DNA of 64,000 nt, from NCBI RefSeq assembly GCF_009914755.1, contig NC_060929.1; one strand, given 5' to 3'. Below, in pieces: positions 13,254 through 27,336 of this stretch. The position numbers and the translations under genes were made by a program. The stretch comes from the human T2T-CHM13v2.0 reference genome, Homo sapiens. Every line of letters begins with the position of its first letter. Position 1 is the stretch's first letter. The notes below the pieces were generated by a model, which saw only the letters and a program-made list of their open reading frames with translations, was not told the origin of the DNA and searched no databases.

Positions 13254-13902
13254 TTAGGGCAATTTCTTGTAGAGTATTTTTTAACACATTTGCTGAATAA
13301 TACGCTGATAATGATGATTCTTTAAAATTATCTCCATGAGTGTGTAAGAAAAAGCAAGTAACTAAGAGTCATAAGAGTCAGGCTTGTTTTTAAATACAAA
13401 TTTGTTATATATTAACTATTTGGAGTGGGGAAAATCTACCCCTGAGCGTAAACATTTTATAATTGTTCTCATCTATTAAATGGGAACAATAATACACTAG
13501 CTCATGGAGTTGCTCTATGTCGTAAGATAACTTTACATATGCCAAAGATCTCTGTAAAGAGACAGACAAAACCAACGTATGTTTTTATTATTAGGGTATC
13601 CAGAATTCTATTTTGATAAAAATTGCATTATAGTAATAAAACATGGTGGGACTTAAAAAACAGGTCACAATATTTACCACAAGATTCTATGGGTTTCCTA
13701 AAAAATAAATTTTATTTTATATATTGAAGGTACACAACATTATGAGATACATACATACTAAAAAGATTACTATAGTAGAACAAATTAACACACCCATCAT
13801 CTCACTTTGTTACCCATTTTCTCACCTTTAACTAGCCTACTACATCTTGACACGGGTATGGATGCAATTCATAGCAAAAATTGGTAATTGATTTAAAAAA
13901 AC

Positions 13903-16900
13903 TTGTTTAATTTTTTCGGGGGCATATTTGTCAGTTACATAAGATTTTTCCATACATGTGTGCAAGTGTAATAATCACATTGTGAAAAAATGGGGTATCT
14001 ATCCCCTCAAGCATTTATCCTTTGTATTACAAACAATCCATGTATACTATTTCAGTTAATTTAAAATGTAATGTTAAATAATTATTATTAAACATAGTCA
14101 CCCTGTTGTGCTATCAATATACTAGGTCTTATTTATTTTTCTAACTTTTTTTTATCCATTAACCATCCCCACCTACCTCCCCAAGCCCCCACTATCTTTG
14201 CCAGCTTATGATAACTATCTTTCTACTCTCTACGTCCATGAATTCAGTTGTTTTGATTTTTAGATACCACAAATAAGTGAGAACACACAAAGCTTGTCTT
14301 TCTGTGTCTGGCTTATTTCACTTAACATAGTGACCTTCTATTCGGTCCATGTTCTTGCAAATGACTGGATCTCATTTTTTATGACTGATTAGTACTCCAT
14401 TGTGTGTAAGTACCACATTTCCTTTATCTGTTCATCTGTTAATGAACACTTCTGTTGCTTCCAAATCTTGACTATTGTGAATAGTGCTGCAACAAACATG
14501 GGAGTGCAGATAACCTCTTAGATATCTTGATTTGCTTTATTTTTGGTATATACTCAGCAATGAAATTGCTGGATCATATGGTATCTCTATTTCTAGTTTT
14601 TTGAGAAACTTCCAAAGTGTTTTCCGTAATGGTTGTACTAATTTACATTCCCAAAAACAGTGTATGAGAATTCCCTTTTCTCTACATCCTCACCAGCATA
14701 TGTTATTGCTTGACTTTTGGGTAAAGGCCATTTTAACTTGGGTGAGATGATATGCCATTGTAGTTTTGATTTGCATTTCTTTGATGATCAGTGATATTGA
14801 GCACATTTTCATGTGCCTGTTTGTCATTTGGATATCTTCTTTTGAGAAATGTCTATTCTAATCTTTTTCCCATTTTGAAATCCAATTATTAGATTAAAAA
14901 ATAAAGTTGTTTGAGCTCCTCATATATTCTGGTTATTAAGCCCTTTCAGATACGTAGCTTGCAAATTTTTTTTTCCATTCTGTGGGTGATCTCTTCACTT
15001 TGTTGATTGTTTCCATTATGGTGTAGGAGCTTTTTAACCTGGTGTGATCACATTTGCCCATTTTTGCTTTGGTTGCCTGTGCTTGTGAGTTATTACTCAA
15101 GAAGTTTCCAAATGTCCTGGAAAATTTTCCTAATGTTTTCTTATAGAAGTTTCATAGCTTGAGGTCTTAGATTTAAGTCTTCTGTCCATTTTTATTTGAT
15201 TTTTGTATGTGGTGAGAGATAGGGCTCTAGTTTCATTCTTCTGCATATGGATTTCCAGATTTCCCAGCACCATTTATTGAAGAGACTCTGTTTTCCCCCA
15301 TGTATTTTCTTGGCATCTTTGTTGAAAATGAGTTCACTGTGGGTGTGTGGATTCGCTTCTGGGTTCTTTATTCTGTTCCTTTGGTCGATGTGTCTGTTTT
15401 CATGCCAGTACCACACTGTTTTGATTATTATTGCTCTGTAGTATAATTTGAAGTCAGGTAATGTAATTCCTCCAGTTTTGTTCTTTTGTTTAGGATAGCT
15501 TCGGCTGTTCTGGGTATTTTGTGATTCCATATAAATTTTAGGATAGCTTTTATTTCTTGGAAAAATGGCATTGGTAATTTAATAGAAATTGCATTGACTC
15601 TGTAGATTGCTTTTGGTAGTATGAACATTTTAACACTATTTTGTTCTTTCAATCCATGATCATGGAATATCTTTCCACTTTTTTGGTGTCCTCTTCAATT
15701 TCTTTCATCAGTGTTTTACAGTTTTCATTGTAAAGATCTTTCGCTTCTTTGGTTAAGTTAGTTCCTAGGTATTTTTTTTGTGTGTGGCTATTGCAAGGGG
15801 GATTACTTTTAAATTTCTTTTTCGGATGGTTCACTGCTGTCATATGGTAATGTTACTGAGTTTTGTGTGTTGATTTTGTATCCTGCAAGATTACTGAATT
15901 TGTTTATCCGTTCTAATAGGTCTTTTTGGTGAAGTCTTTAGGTTTTACCAAATATAAGATGATATCACCTGCAAACAAGCATAATTTGGCTTCTCCCGTT
16001 CCAGTTTGGATACCCTTTATTTCTTCCTTTTGTCTGATTGTTCTAGCTGGGATTTCCAGTACAATGTTAAATAACATTGGTGAAAGTGGGTATCCTAGTC
16101 ATGTTCCAGCTCTTACAGAAAAGCCATTCAGATTTTTCCCAATCACATGAGACTATCTGTGGGTCTGTCACTTATGGCCTATATTATGTTGAGGTATGTT
16201 TGTTCTGTACCCAGTTTTTTGAGGGTTTTTATCATGAACGGATGTTGAATTTTATCAAATGCTTTTTCAGCATCAATTGAAATGATTATATCATTTTAGT
16301 TCTTCATTCTCTTGATATGATGTATCACACTGATTGATTTGCATATGTTGAATTATCCTTGCATCCCTGGGATAAATCCTATTTGGCCATGGATGAATGA
16401 TCTTTTTAATGTATTGTTGAATTCAGTTTGCTAGTATTTTGTTGAGGATTTTTGCATCAATATTCATCAGATATATTAACCTGTAGTTTTCTTTTTTGAT
16501 GTAGCTCTGTCTGCTTTTGGTATTAGGATAGTACTGGTCTCAAAAGATGACTTTGGAAGTGTTTTCACCTCTTTTGTTTTTTGGAATAGCTTGAGTAGGA
16601 TTGGCATTAGTTCTTTAAATGTCTGATAGAATTCAACAGTGAAGCCACTGGCTCCTGGGCTTTTCTTTACTGGGAGACTTTTTATTACAGCTTCAATTAT
16701 GTTACTCATTATTAATCTGTTTAGGTTTTTAATTTCTTCTTGATTCAATCTTGGTCGGTTGTATGTATACGGGAATTTGACAATTTCTTCTAGATTTTCC
16801 AATATATTGGCATATAGTTTCTCGTAGTAGCTACTAACGAGCCTTTGAATTTCTGCAGTATCAGTTTTAATGTCTCCTGTTTCATTTTTGACTTTATTTG

Positions 16901-19900
16901 TCTGGATCTTCTGTCTTTTTTTTAGTCTAGCCAAAGGTTTGTCAATTTTATTTAAATTTTCAAGAACCAACTTATTGTTTCATTGATCTTTTGTATTGTT
17001 TTGTTCATTTGAAATTCATTTATTACTGCTCTGATATTTATTATTTCTTTTCTTCTACTAATTTTGGGTTTGCTTTGCTTTTGCTTTTCTAGTTCTTCAA
17101 GATTCATTGTTAAGCTTTTTATTTGATGTTTGTCTTCTCTTTCAACATAGGCACTTGTAGGTATAAAATTCTGTTACCACTGCTTTTCCTTTATCCCATA
17201 GATTTTGGTATGTTGTGTTTCCTTTATTATTTGTTGCAATAAATATTTGAATTTCCTACTTAATTTTTTCATTGACCTACTGGTCTGTCAGAAGTATATT
17301 GTTTAATTTCTACCTTTGGATAGGTTCCAAAATTCCTCTCATTATGATTTTCTAGTTTTATTCCATTGTGGCCAGATAAGATGCCTGATATTATTTCAAT
17401 ATTTTTACTATTTTAAAAGTTGTTTTGTGACCTAACATAGGGCTAATCTTTGAGAATAATTCATGTGCTGGGGAAAAGAAAGTGTATTCTGCAGCCACTG
17501 GATGAAATGTTCTGAAATATTTATTATGTCCATTTAGTCTATAGTGAAGATTAAGTCCAATGTTTCTTTGTTGATTTTCCATCTGGAAGATCTGCCCAAT
17601 GCTGAAAGTGTGGTGTTACTGTATTACTGTTATTGTATTGGAGTCTATCTCTCTCTTTAGTCCTATAATGTTTGCTTTATTTATCTGTGTTCTATAGTGC
17701 TGGATGCATATATATTTAAAATTGTTATATCCTCTTGCTGAAGTGACTCATTTATCATTACATAGTAATGTTCTTTGTATTTTCTTATAACTTTTGTCTT
17801 GAAATCAGTTTTGTCTGATATACATATAGCTACTTTTGCTCTTCTCCCAATCTTTTATTTTCAGTCTATGTGTAGGCAACAGATCAGTGGGTCTTGTTTG
17901 TCTTTTAATTGGAGAGTTTAGTTCATTTATATACAATGTTATTATTGATAAGTAAGGAGCTACTCTTTCCATTTTGTTTTCTGGGTGTTTTGTGGTCTTC
18001 TCTTTTTTCTTTCTTTCCTTTTTGTCTTCCTTTTAGCGAAAGTAATTTTCTCTGGAGATATGATTTAGTTTCTTCCTTTTTATTTTTTGTGTATCTGTTG
18101 TATGAGTTTGGTTTGAGGTTACCATGAGGCTCGCAAATACTATCTTATAATGCATTATTTTAAGCTGATAACAACTTAACACTGTTTGCATAAACAAACA
18201 AGCAAAAAGAATTAATCGAATTAAAATTAATTCAAACTCTACACCTTAATTTTGTCCCTTCTCTTTTTAACTTTTTGTTGTTTCTATTTCTATCTCATTG
18301 TACTGTCTGTCTTGAAATGTTGTTATAGTTATCATTTTTGTTGTGTTCATTGTTTCGTTTTTCTACTTAAGATAAGAGTAGTTTACACACCACAGGTACA
18401 ATGTTAAAATATTCTGTGTTTCTCTGTATCCTTACTATTACCAGTGAGTTATTTACCTTCAGATGATTTCTTCTTGTTCATTAACATCCTTGTCTATCAG
18501 ATTGAAAAACTCCCTTTAGCATTTCTTGTGGGACAGGTCTTCTGTTTATAAAATCTCTCAGCTTTTGTTTGTTAGGGAGGGTCTTCATTTCTCCTTCATG
18601 TTTGAAGTATATTTTCATCATTTGGTGCTCTACCTCCCCTGTGGCTGGTACCTAAGGTGCTAGACAAAGTTCCCTTTACTTTTCCCTCCACATCTCTCAA
18701 ACAGGAGTCTCACCTCATATCTACCACAGCTGGGGATCTGCTGAGTCTTACTTGAAGCCAGAAAATCTCAGAGTCTCATCCAAGGCCCTTGAGATAGTAC
18801 CTGGGTATCACAGCTCTTATTCAAGGCCCAAGGCCTCTTCAGTTAGCGAGTGATGAAGCCTGCCAGGACTAGGTCCTTCCTTTCAAGGAAGCTGCTTTCC
18901 TTCTGTCTCAGGGTGTGTCTGGAAATGTCTTCTGGGAGCTAGGGCCAGGAAAAGGGGGCTCACAATTCTGACCAGTGTCCTACACTGCTGTGACTGAGCT
19001 GGTGAAATGGTTTGACTCTGTGTCCCCATCCAAATCTCATTTTGAATTGTAGTTCCCATAATCCTTACATGTCATGGGAGGGATATAGTGGGAGGTAATT
19101 TAATCATGGGGACAGTCACCCCCATGCTGCTCTCATGGTAGTGAGTGAGTTCTGACAAGATCTGATGGTTGTATAAGGGGCTATCCCCCCTTTGCTTGGC
19201 ACTTCTCCTTCCTGCCGCCATGTGAAAAAGGACATCTTTGCTTCCCCTTCTGCCATGATTGTAAGTTTCCTGAGGCCTCCTCAGCCCTGCAGAACTGTGA
19301 GTCAATTAAATCTCTTTCCTTTACAAATTACTCAGTCTTGGGCAGTTCTTTATAGCAGTGTGAGAATGGACTAGCACAGCTGGTATCCAAGATTCAAGAC
19401 AAAGATCTCTGCACTCTTTCTCTACTCTCCTCAAAGGAAAGGAAGGAGTCTCTTTTGGAGCCGTAAGCTGTGCATCGTGGGGATAGAGGAGGACTGATGC
19501 CACCACTCCATTAGCCACCTCAGCTGGGTCTCAGTAGTTTCTGTGCCCCCCAGTCCTCTGGCTCTGGGCCCAGTTAAGCATTAAGATTCACCTAGGAGTT
19601 GCATCCTTTGTGGTCTAGACTGCATTTCACATTTATTTAATACCCTAGAGCACTTTAGACCACCACAATGGTGAGGCTTGTCAGAACTCAAGTTCCCACG
19701 AATGGTATTGCCAGCATCTTCCCTCTGGCTTGGGCTGGTTTAAATGCTCCCTCAGTGGGCAGATATCAGCTGAGTTTGGTCTAGTTTTTCTTTCTGCTAT
19801 AGCATAGCAGCACTAAGTTCAATGTCTCAAAATTGCTGGCTCTCCCTCTCTGCAGCACACAGAAACAGTCTCCACACCATGTTGTCACAGCCGGGGCATG

Positions 19901-20111
19901 GGGAAGGGTGGTGTCAGCAATTCAGGACTGTTTTTCTGCCTCTTCAGTGCCTCTTTCAGTGATATAAAGTTAAAACCAGGTGCTGTGAATGCTCATCTGA
20001 TTTTTGGTTCTTATGAAGATGCTTTTCTTGTATGGATAGTTGTTAAACTGGTGTCCTTGCAGGGGTGATGATTGATGGAGCCTTCTATTCCACCATCTTG
20101 CTCCATCTTCC
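13903..20111 (-). mobile_element. Degenerate near-full-length L1MA1-3-like LINE-1 with most of ORF1 deleted
   Basis: L1MA-type 3'UTR, ORF2 fragments in the ORF track (15192-15530, 16476-16970, 17391-17582), jump from ORF1 end to 5'UTR at ~18620, 5' end ccaccatcttgctcc. Confidence 0.8.
19003..19378 (+). mobile_element. THE1D-like MaLR solo LTR inserted in the L1MA 5'UTR
   Basis: tgaaatggtttg...gagaatggactagcaca; perfect 5-bp TSD GCTGG (18998-19002 and 19379-19383). Confidence 0.9.
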
Positions 20112-20319
20112 ATTTATTTTTTTATTAGAAAAAAATGGGAAATTTTTTAAAATTGAAAAGTCCTATTTTTACTAAAAATTGAAAGTCAGGCATATCTTTA
20201 CTAAAAATGGATGCTGCTTTCAAAATTTTTAACCCTTATTTCTTTTTACTTGGTAATAGTTGATGGTTTTGATCAGAATAAAAAACTAATATAATATAAA
20301 TTAAATACCTTTTTCAAAA

Positions 20320-23300
20320 ATTTTATTTTAATTTCCAGGATACATGTGCAGAACATGCAGGTTTGTTACGTAGGTAAACATATGCCATGGTGCTTTGCTG
20401 CACCTATCAATTTATCACTTAGGTATTAAGCCTCACATGCATTTATCCTGATGCTGTCTCTACCCCCACATCCCCAATAGGCTGCAGTGTGTGGTGTTCC
20501 CCTCCCTGTGTCCATATGTTATCACTGTTTGGCTCCCACTTATGAGTGAGAACATGGAGTGTTTGGTTTTGTGTCCCATTGTTCATTTGCTGAGAATGAT
20601 GGTTTCCAGCTTCATCCATGTCCCTGCAAAGGACATGATCTCATTCCATACTGCATAGTATTCCATGATGTATATGTACCACATTTTCTTTATCCAGTCT
20701 ATCACTGATGGGCATTTGGGTTGATTTCAAGTCTTTGCTATTGTGAATAGTGCTGCAATAAACTTACATGCATGTGTCTTTATATTAGAATGATTTGTAT
20801 TCCTTCAGTTATGTAGCCAATAATGGGATTGCTGGGTCCAATGGTACTTCTGGTTCTAGATCCTTGAGGAATCACCACATCATCTTCCACAATGGTTGAA
20901 CTAATTTACATTCCCACCAACAGTGTAAAAACTGTAAAAGTGTTCTTATTTCTCCACAGCTTTGCCAGCATCTGTTGCTTCTTCAGTTTTTAATAAATGC
21001 CATTCTCACTGGCATGAGGTGGTAACTCATTGTTGTTTTGATTTGCATTTCTCTAATGATCAGTGATGTTAAGCTTTTTTTCATATGGTTTTTGGCCACA
21101 TAAATATCTTCTTTTGAGAAGTGTCTGTTCGTGTGCTTTGCCACTTTTTGATGGGGTTGTTTTTTTTTTCTTGTAAATTTGTTGAAGTTCCTTGTAAATT
21201 CTGGATATTAGACCTTTGTCAGATGGGTAGATTGAAAAAATTTTCTCCCTTTCTATAGGTCGCCTGTTCAGTCTAATGATAGTTTCTTTTGTTGTGCAGA
21301 AGCTCTTTAGTTTAATTAGATCCCAATTGTCAATTTTTGCTTTTGTTGCAGTTGCTTTTGGTGATTTCATCATAAAATCTTTGCCCATGCCTATGTCCTG
21401 AATGGTATTGTCTGGATTTTCTTCAAGGGTTTTTATGACTTGGGGGTTATACATTTAAGTCTTTATTCCATCTTGAGTTAATATTTGTATAAGGTGTAAG
21501 AAAAGGGTCTGGTTTCAGTTTTTCTACATATGGCTAACCAGTTTTCCCAGCACCATTTATTAAATAGGGAATTTTCCCCCATTGCTTGTTTTTGTCAGGT
21601 TTGTCAAAGATCAGATGGTTATAGATTTGTGGTCTTATTTCTGAGATCTCTATTCTGTTCGATTGGTCTAAGTGTCTGTTTTGGTACCAGTATCATGCTG
21701 TTTTGGTCACTGTAGCCTTATAGTATAGTTTGAAGACAGGTAGCATAATGCCTCCAGCTTTGTTCTTTTTGCTTAGGATTGTCTTGGCTATATGGGCTCT
21801 TTTTAGTTCCATATGAATTTTACAGTAGCTTTTTCTTTAATTCAGTGAAGAATGCCAATCGTAGTTTGATAGGAGTAGTATTGAATCTATAAATTACTTC
21901 GGGCAGTATGGTCATTTTCACGATTTTGATTCTTTCTATCCATGAAAATGGAATTTTTCTCCATTTATTTATGTCCTCTCTGATTTCTTTGAGCAGTGGC
22001 TTGTAATTCTCCTTTCAGAGGTCTCTCACGTCCCTTGTTACCGCTATTCCTAGGTATTTTATTCTCTTTTTAGCAATTGTGAATGGGAGTTCATTCATGA
22101 TTTGGCTCTCTGCTTGTCTGTTGTTGGTGTATAGAAATGCTTTTGATTCTTGCACATTGATTTTGTATCCTGAGACTTTGCTGAAGTTGCTTATCAGCTT
22201 AAGGAGCTTTTGGGCCAAGATGATGGGGCTTTCTAGATACAGGATCATGTCATCTGCAAACAGAGACAATTTGACATCCTCTCTTCCTATATGTATACCC
22301 TTTATTTTTTTCTCTTGCCTGGCTTCCCTGGCCAGAATTTTCAATACTATGTTGAATAGGAGTGTTGAGAGTGGGCATCCTTCTCTTGTGGCAGTTTTAA
22401 AAGGGAATGCTTCCAGCTTTTGCCCATTTGGTATGATATTGGCTGTGGGTTTGTAATAAATGGCTCTTGTTATTTTGAGATATGTTCCATCAATATGTAG
22501 TTTATTGAGAGTTTTTAACATAAAGAGATGTTAAATTTTATGGAAGGCCTTTTCTGTGTGTATTGAGATAGTCATGTGGTTTTTGTCATTAGTTCTGTTT
22601 TTGTGACGAATTATGTTTATTGATTTGCATTTGTTGAACCAGCATTGCATCCCAGGGGTGAAGCCAACTTGAGTATGATGGATAAGCTTTTCAATGTGCT
22701 GCTGGATTCAGTTTGCCAGAATTTTATTAAGGAGTTTTACCTTGATGTTCATCAGGGATATTGAACTGAAGTTTTCTTTTTTTGTTGAGTCTCTGCCAAG
22801 TTTTGGTATTAGGATGATGCTGGCCTTACAAAATGAGTAAGGGAGACATCCCTTTTCTTCAATTGTTTGGAATAGTTTCAGAAGGAATGGTACCATCTCC
22901 TCTTTATACCTCTGGTAAAATTCAGCTGTAGATCTGTCTGGTTCTGGGCTTTTTTTTTTTTTTTTTTATTGGTAGGCTATTTATTACTGCCTCAATTTCA
23001 GAACTTGTTATTGGTCTTTTCAAGGATTTAGCTTCTTCCTGGTTTAGTCTTGGGAGGGTTTATGTGTCCATGAATTTATCCATTTATTTTTTATTTTCTA
23101 GTTCATTTGCATAGAGGTGTTTATAGTATTCTCTGATAGTTGTTTGCATTTCTGTGCAGTGATATCCCCTTTATCATTTTTTATTGTGTCTATTTGAATC
23201 ATCCTTCTCTTCTTCTCTATTAGTCTAGCTAGCAGTCTATCTATTTTGTTAATTTTTTCAAAAAACCAACTCTTGGATTCACTGATTTTTTTGAAGGATT

Positions 23301-23702
23301 TTTTATGTCTCTATGTCCTTCAGTTCCACTCCAATCTTAATTATTCCTTGTCTTCTGCCGGCTTTTGGATTTGTTTTCTCTTGCTTCTCTGGTTATTTGT
23401 GTTGTGTTGTTAGGGTGTTGATTTGAGATCTTTCTAGCTTTTTAATGTGGGCATTTAGTGCTATAAATTTCCCTCTTAGCACTGCTTTACCTGTGTCTCA
23501 GAGATTCTGGTATGTTGTCTCTTTGTTCTCATTGGTTTCAAAGAGCTTCTTGATTTTTGCCTCAAGTTTATTATTTAGGAGTAATTCGGGAGCAGGTTAT
23601 TCAATTTTCATGTAGTTGTGTGGTTTTGAGTGAGTTTCTTAATCTTAAATTCTAATTTGATTGCATTGTGGTCTGAGAGACTGTTATGATTTCAGTTCTT
23701 TT
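20320..23702 (-). mobile_element. L1PA8A/L1PA10-like LINE-1, 3' half (element A)
   Basis: 3'UTR ggtattaagcc...atcctgatgct; ORF2 fragments including LFADDM (22015-22521); interrupted at 23702. Confidence 0.85.
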
Positions 23703-25980
23703 AAAATTTTATTTATTTATTTATTTTTTATACACTTTAAGTTCTGGGATACATGTGTAGAACCTGCAGTTTGTTACACAGGGATACATGTGCCATGGTA
23801 GTTTGCTACACCCATCAACTCATCATCTACATTAGGTATTTCTCCTAATGCTATCCCTCCCCTTGCCCCCCAGCCCCTGACAGGCCCCAGTGTGTGATGT
23901 TCCCCTCCCTGTGCCCATATGTTCTCATTATTTAGCTCCTACTTATGGGTGAGAACATGCCATGTTTGGTTTTCTGTTCCTGTGATAGTTTGCTGAGAAT
24001 GATGGCTTCCAGCTTCATCCATATCTCTGCAAAGGACATGAACTCATTCTTTTTTTATGACTGCCTTGTATTTCATGGTGTTTATGTGCCACATTTTCTT
24101 TATCCAGTCTATCATTGATGGGCATTTGGGTTGGCTCCAAGTCTTTGCTATTGTGAATAGTGCTGCAATAAACATATGTGTGCATATGTCTTTATAGTAG
24201 AATGATTTATAATCCTTTGGGTATATACCCAGCAATGGGATTGCTGGGTCAAATGGTACTTCTAGTTCCAGATCCCTGGGGAATTGCCACACTGTCCTGC
24301 CCAATGGTTGAACTAATTTACACTACCACCAACAGTGTAAAAGCGTTCCTGTTTCTCCACATTCTCTCCAGCATCTGCTGTTTCCTGACTTTTTAATGAT
24401 TGCCATATTAACTGGTGTGAGATGGTATCTCATTGTGGCTTTTATTTGCATTTCTCTAATGACCAGTGATGATGAGCTTTTCTTCGTGTGTTTGTTGGCC
24501 GCATAAATATCTTCTTTTGAGAGATGTCTGTTCATATCCTTTGCCCACTTTTTGATGGGGTTGTTTTATCTTTGTAAATTTGTTAAAGTTCCTTGTAGAT
24601 TCGGGATATTAGCTCTTTGTCAGATGAATAGATTGCAAAAATTATCTGCCATTTTGTTGGTTGCTTGTTCACTCTGATGATAGCTTCTTTTGCTGTGCAG
24701 AAGCTCTTTAGTTTAATTAGATCCCATTTGTCAATTTTGGCTTTTGTTGCAATTGCTTTTGGTGCTTTAGTCATGAAGTCTGCCCATGCCTGTGTCCTGA
24801 ATGGTATTGCCTAGGTTTTCTTCTAGGGTTTTTATCATTTTAGGTATTACATTTAAATCTTTAGTCCATCGTGTGTTAATTTTTGTATAAGGTGTAAGGA
24901 GGGGATCCAGTTTCAGTTTTCTGTGAATGGCTAGCTGGTTTCCCCAACACCATTTATTAAATAGGGAATCTTTTCCCCAGTGCTTGTTTTTGTCAGGTTT
25001 GTCAAAGATCAGATAGTTGTAGATGTGTGGTATTATTTCTGAGGCCTCTGTTCTGTTCCATTGGTCTATGTGTCTGTTTTGATATCAGAACCATGATGTT
25101 TTGATCACTGTAGACTTGTAGTATAATTTGAAGTCAGGTAGCTTGATGCCTTCAGCTTTGTTCTTTTTTCTTAGGATTGTCTTGGCTATACGAGCTCTTT
25201 TTTGCTTCCACATGAAATTTAAAGCAGTTTTTCTTCTAATTCTATGAAGAAAGTAAATGGTAGCTTGATGGGGATAGCATTAAATCTATAAATTACTTTG
25301 AGCAGTATGGCCATTTTCATGATATTGATTCTTCCTATTCATAAGCATGGAATGTTTTTTCATTAGTTTGTGTCCTCTCTTATTTCCTTGAACAGTGGTT
25401 TGTAGTTCTCCTTGAAGAGGTCCTTCACATTCCTTGTAAGTTGTATTCTTAGGTTTTTATTCTCTTTGTAACAATTGTGAATGGGAGTTTGCTCATGATT
25501 TGGCTCTCTGTTTGTCTGTTATTGGTGTATAGGAATGCTTTTGATTTTTGCATGTAATTTTGTATCCTGAGAGTTTGCTGAAGTTGCTTATCAGGTTAAG
25601 GAGTTTTTGGGCTGAGATGGTGGGGTTTTCTAAATATACAATCATGTCATCTGCCAACAGAGATAATTTGACTTCCTCTCTTCCTATTTGAATACACTTT
25701 ATTTCTTCCTCTTGCCTGATTGCCTTGGCCAGAACTTCCAATACTATGTGGAATAGGAGTGGTGAGAGAGGGCATCCTTGTCTTGTGCCAGTTTTCAAAG
25801 GGAATGCTTCCTGCTGTTCCCCATTCAGTATGATATTGGGTTTTGGTTTTTCATAAATAGCTCTTATTATTTTGAAATATATTCCATCCATACCTAGTTT
25901 ATTGAATGATTTTAGCATGAAGGGCGGTTGAATTTTATCAAAGGCCTTTTCTGCATCTATTGAGATAATCATGTGGTTTT
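23703..25980 (-). mobile_element. L1PA7-like 3' 2.3-kb segment (element B)
   Basis: T-rich tail, 3'UTR, ORF2 fragments up to [11 protein letters not shown]. Confidence 0.85.
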
Positions 25981-27333
25981 AGTCATAAAGTCTTTGCCCA
26001 TGCCTATGTCCTGAAAGGTATTGCCTAGGTTTTCTTCTAGGGTTTTAGGTCTCACATTTAAATCTTTAATCCATCTTGAGTTAAGTTTTATATAAGGTGT
26101 AAGGAAGGGATCCAGTTTCAGTTTTCTGCATATGGCTAGTCAGTTTTCCCAACACCATTTATTAAATAGGGAATCTTTCCCTATTGCTTGTTTTTGTCAG
26201 GTTTGTCAAAGATCAGATGGTTGTAGATGTGTGGTGTTATTTCTGAGGCCTCTGTTCTGTTCCATTGGTCCATCTATTTTGGTACCAGAACCATGCTGTT
26301 TTGGTTACTGTAGCCTTGTAGTATAGTTGGACATCAGGTAGCATGATGCCTCCATCTTTGTTCTTTTTGCTTAGGATGGTCTTGCCTATATGGGTTCTTT
26401 TTTGGCTCCGTATGAAATTAAAAGTAATTTAAAATAATGTTTTCTAATTCTGTCAAGAAAGTCAGTGGTAGCTTGATGGGGATAGCACTGAATGTATGAA
26501 TTACTTTGGGCAGTATGATCATTTTCACGATATTGAGTCTTCCTATCCATGAGCATGGAATGTTTTTTCATTTATTTGTGTCCTCTCTTATTTCTTTGAG
26601 CAGTGGTTTAAATCCTCCATAAAATACTGGCAAACAGAATCCAGCAGCACATCAAAAAGCTTATCCACCATGATCAAGTTGACTTCATCCCTGGGATGCA
26701 AGGCTCGTTCAACATACACAAATCAATAAATTTAATCCATCACATGAACAGAACCAATGACAAAAACCGCATGATTATCTCAGTAGATGCAGAAAAGACC
26801 TTCAATAAAATTCAACACTCCTTCATGATAAAAACACTCAATAAACTAGGTTTTGATAGAGCATATCTCAAAATAATAAGAACTATTAATGACAAGCCCA
26901 CAGCCAATATCATACTGAATGGGCAGAAGCTAGAAGCATTCCCTATGAAAACCAGCACAAGTCAAGGGTGCCCTCTGTCACCACTCCTATTAAACATAGT
27001 ATTGGAAGTTCTGGCCAGGGTAGTCAGGCAAGAGGAAGAAGTAAAGGGTATTCACATAGGAAGAGAGGAAGTCAAGTTGTCTCTGTTTGGAAATGATGTT
27101 ATTGTATATTTAGAAAATCCCATCATCTCAGCCCAAAATCTCCTTAAGCTGATAAGCAACTTCAGCAGTCTCAGGATACAAAATCAATGTGCAACAATCT
27201 CAAGCATTCCTGTATACCAATAATAGACAGAGAGCCAAATCATGAGTGAACTCCCACTTGCAATTGCTACAAAGAGAATAAAACACCTAGGAATACACCT
27301 TACAAGGGATGTGAAGGACCTCTTCAAGGAGAA
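25981..27333. mobile_element. L1PA segment with twin-priming 5' inversion (element C): minus 25981-26609, plus 26610-27333
   Basis: Minus arm ends ...gagcagtggttt and plus arm ends ...cttcaaggagaa, positions almost adjacent in L1 ORF2; RT fragment ORF 26696-27223 on +. Confidence 0.85.
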
Positions 27334-27336
27334 ATC

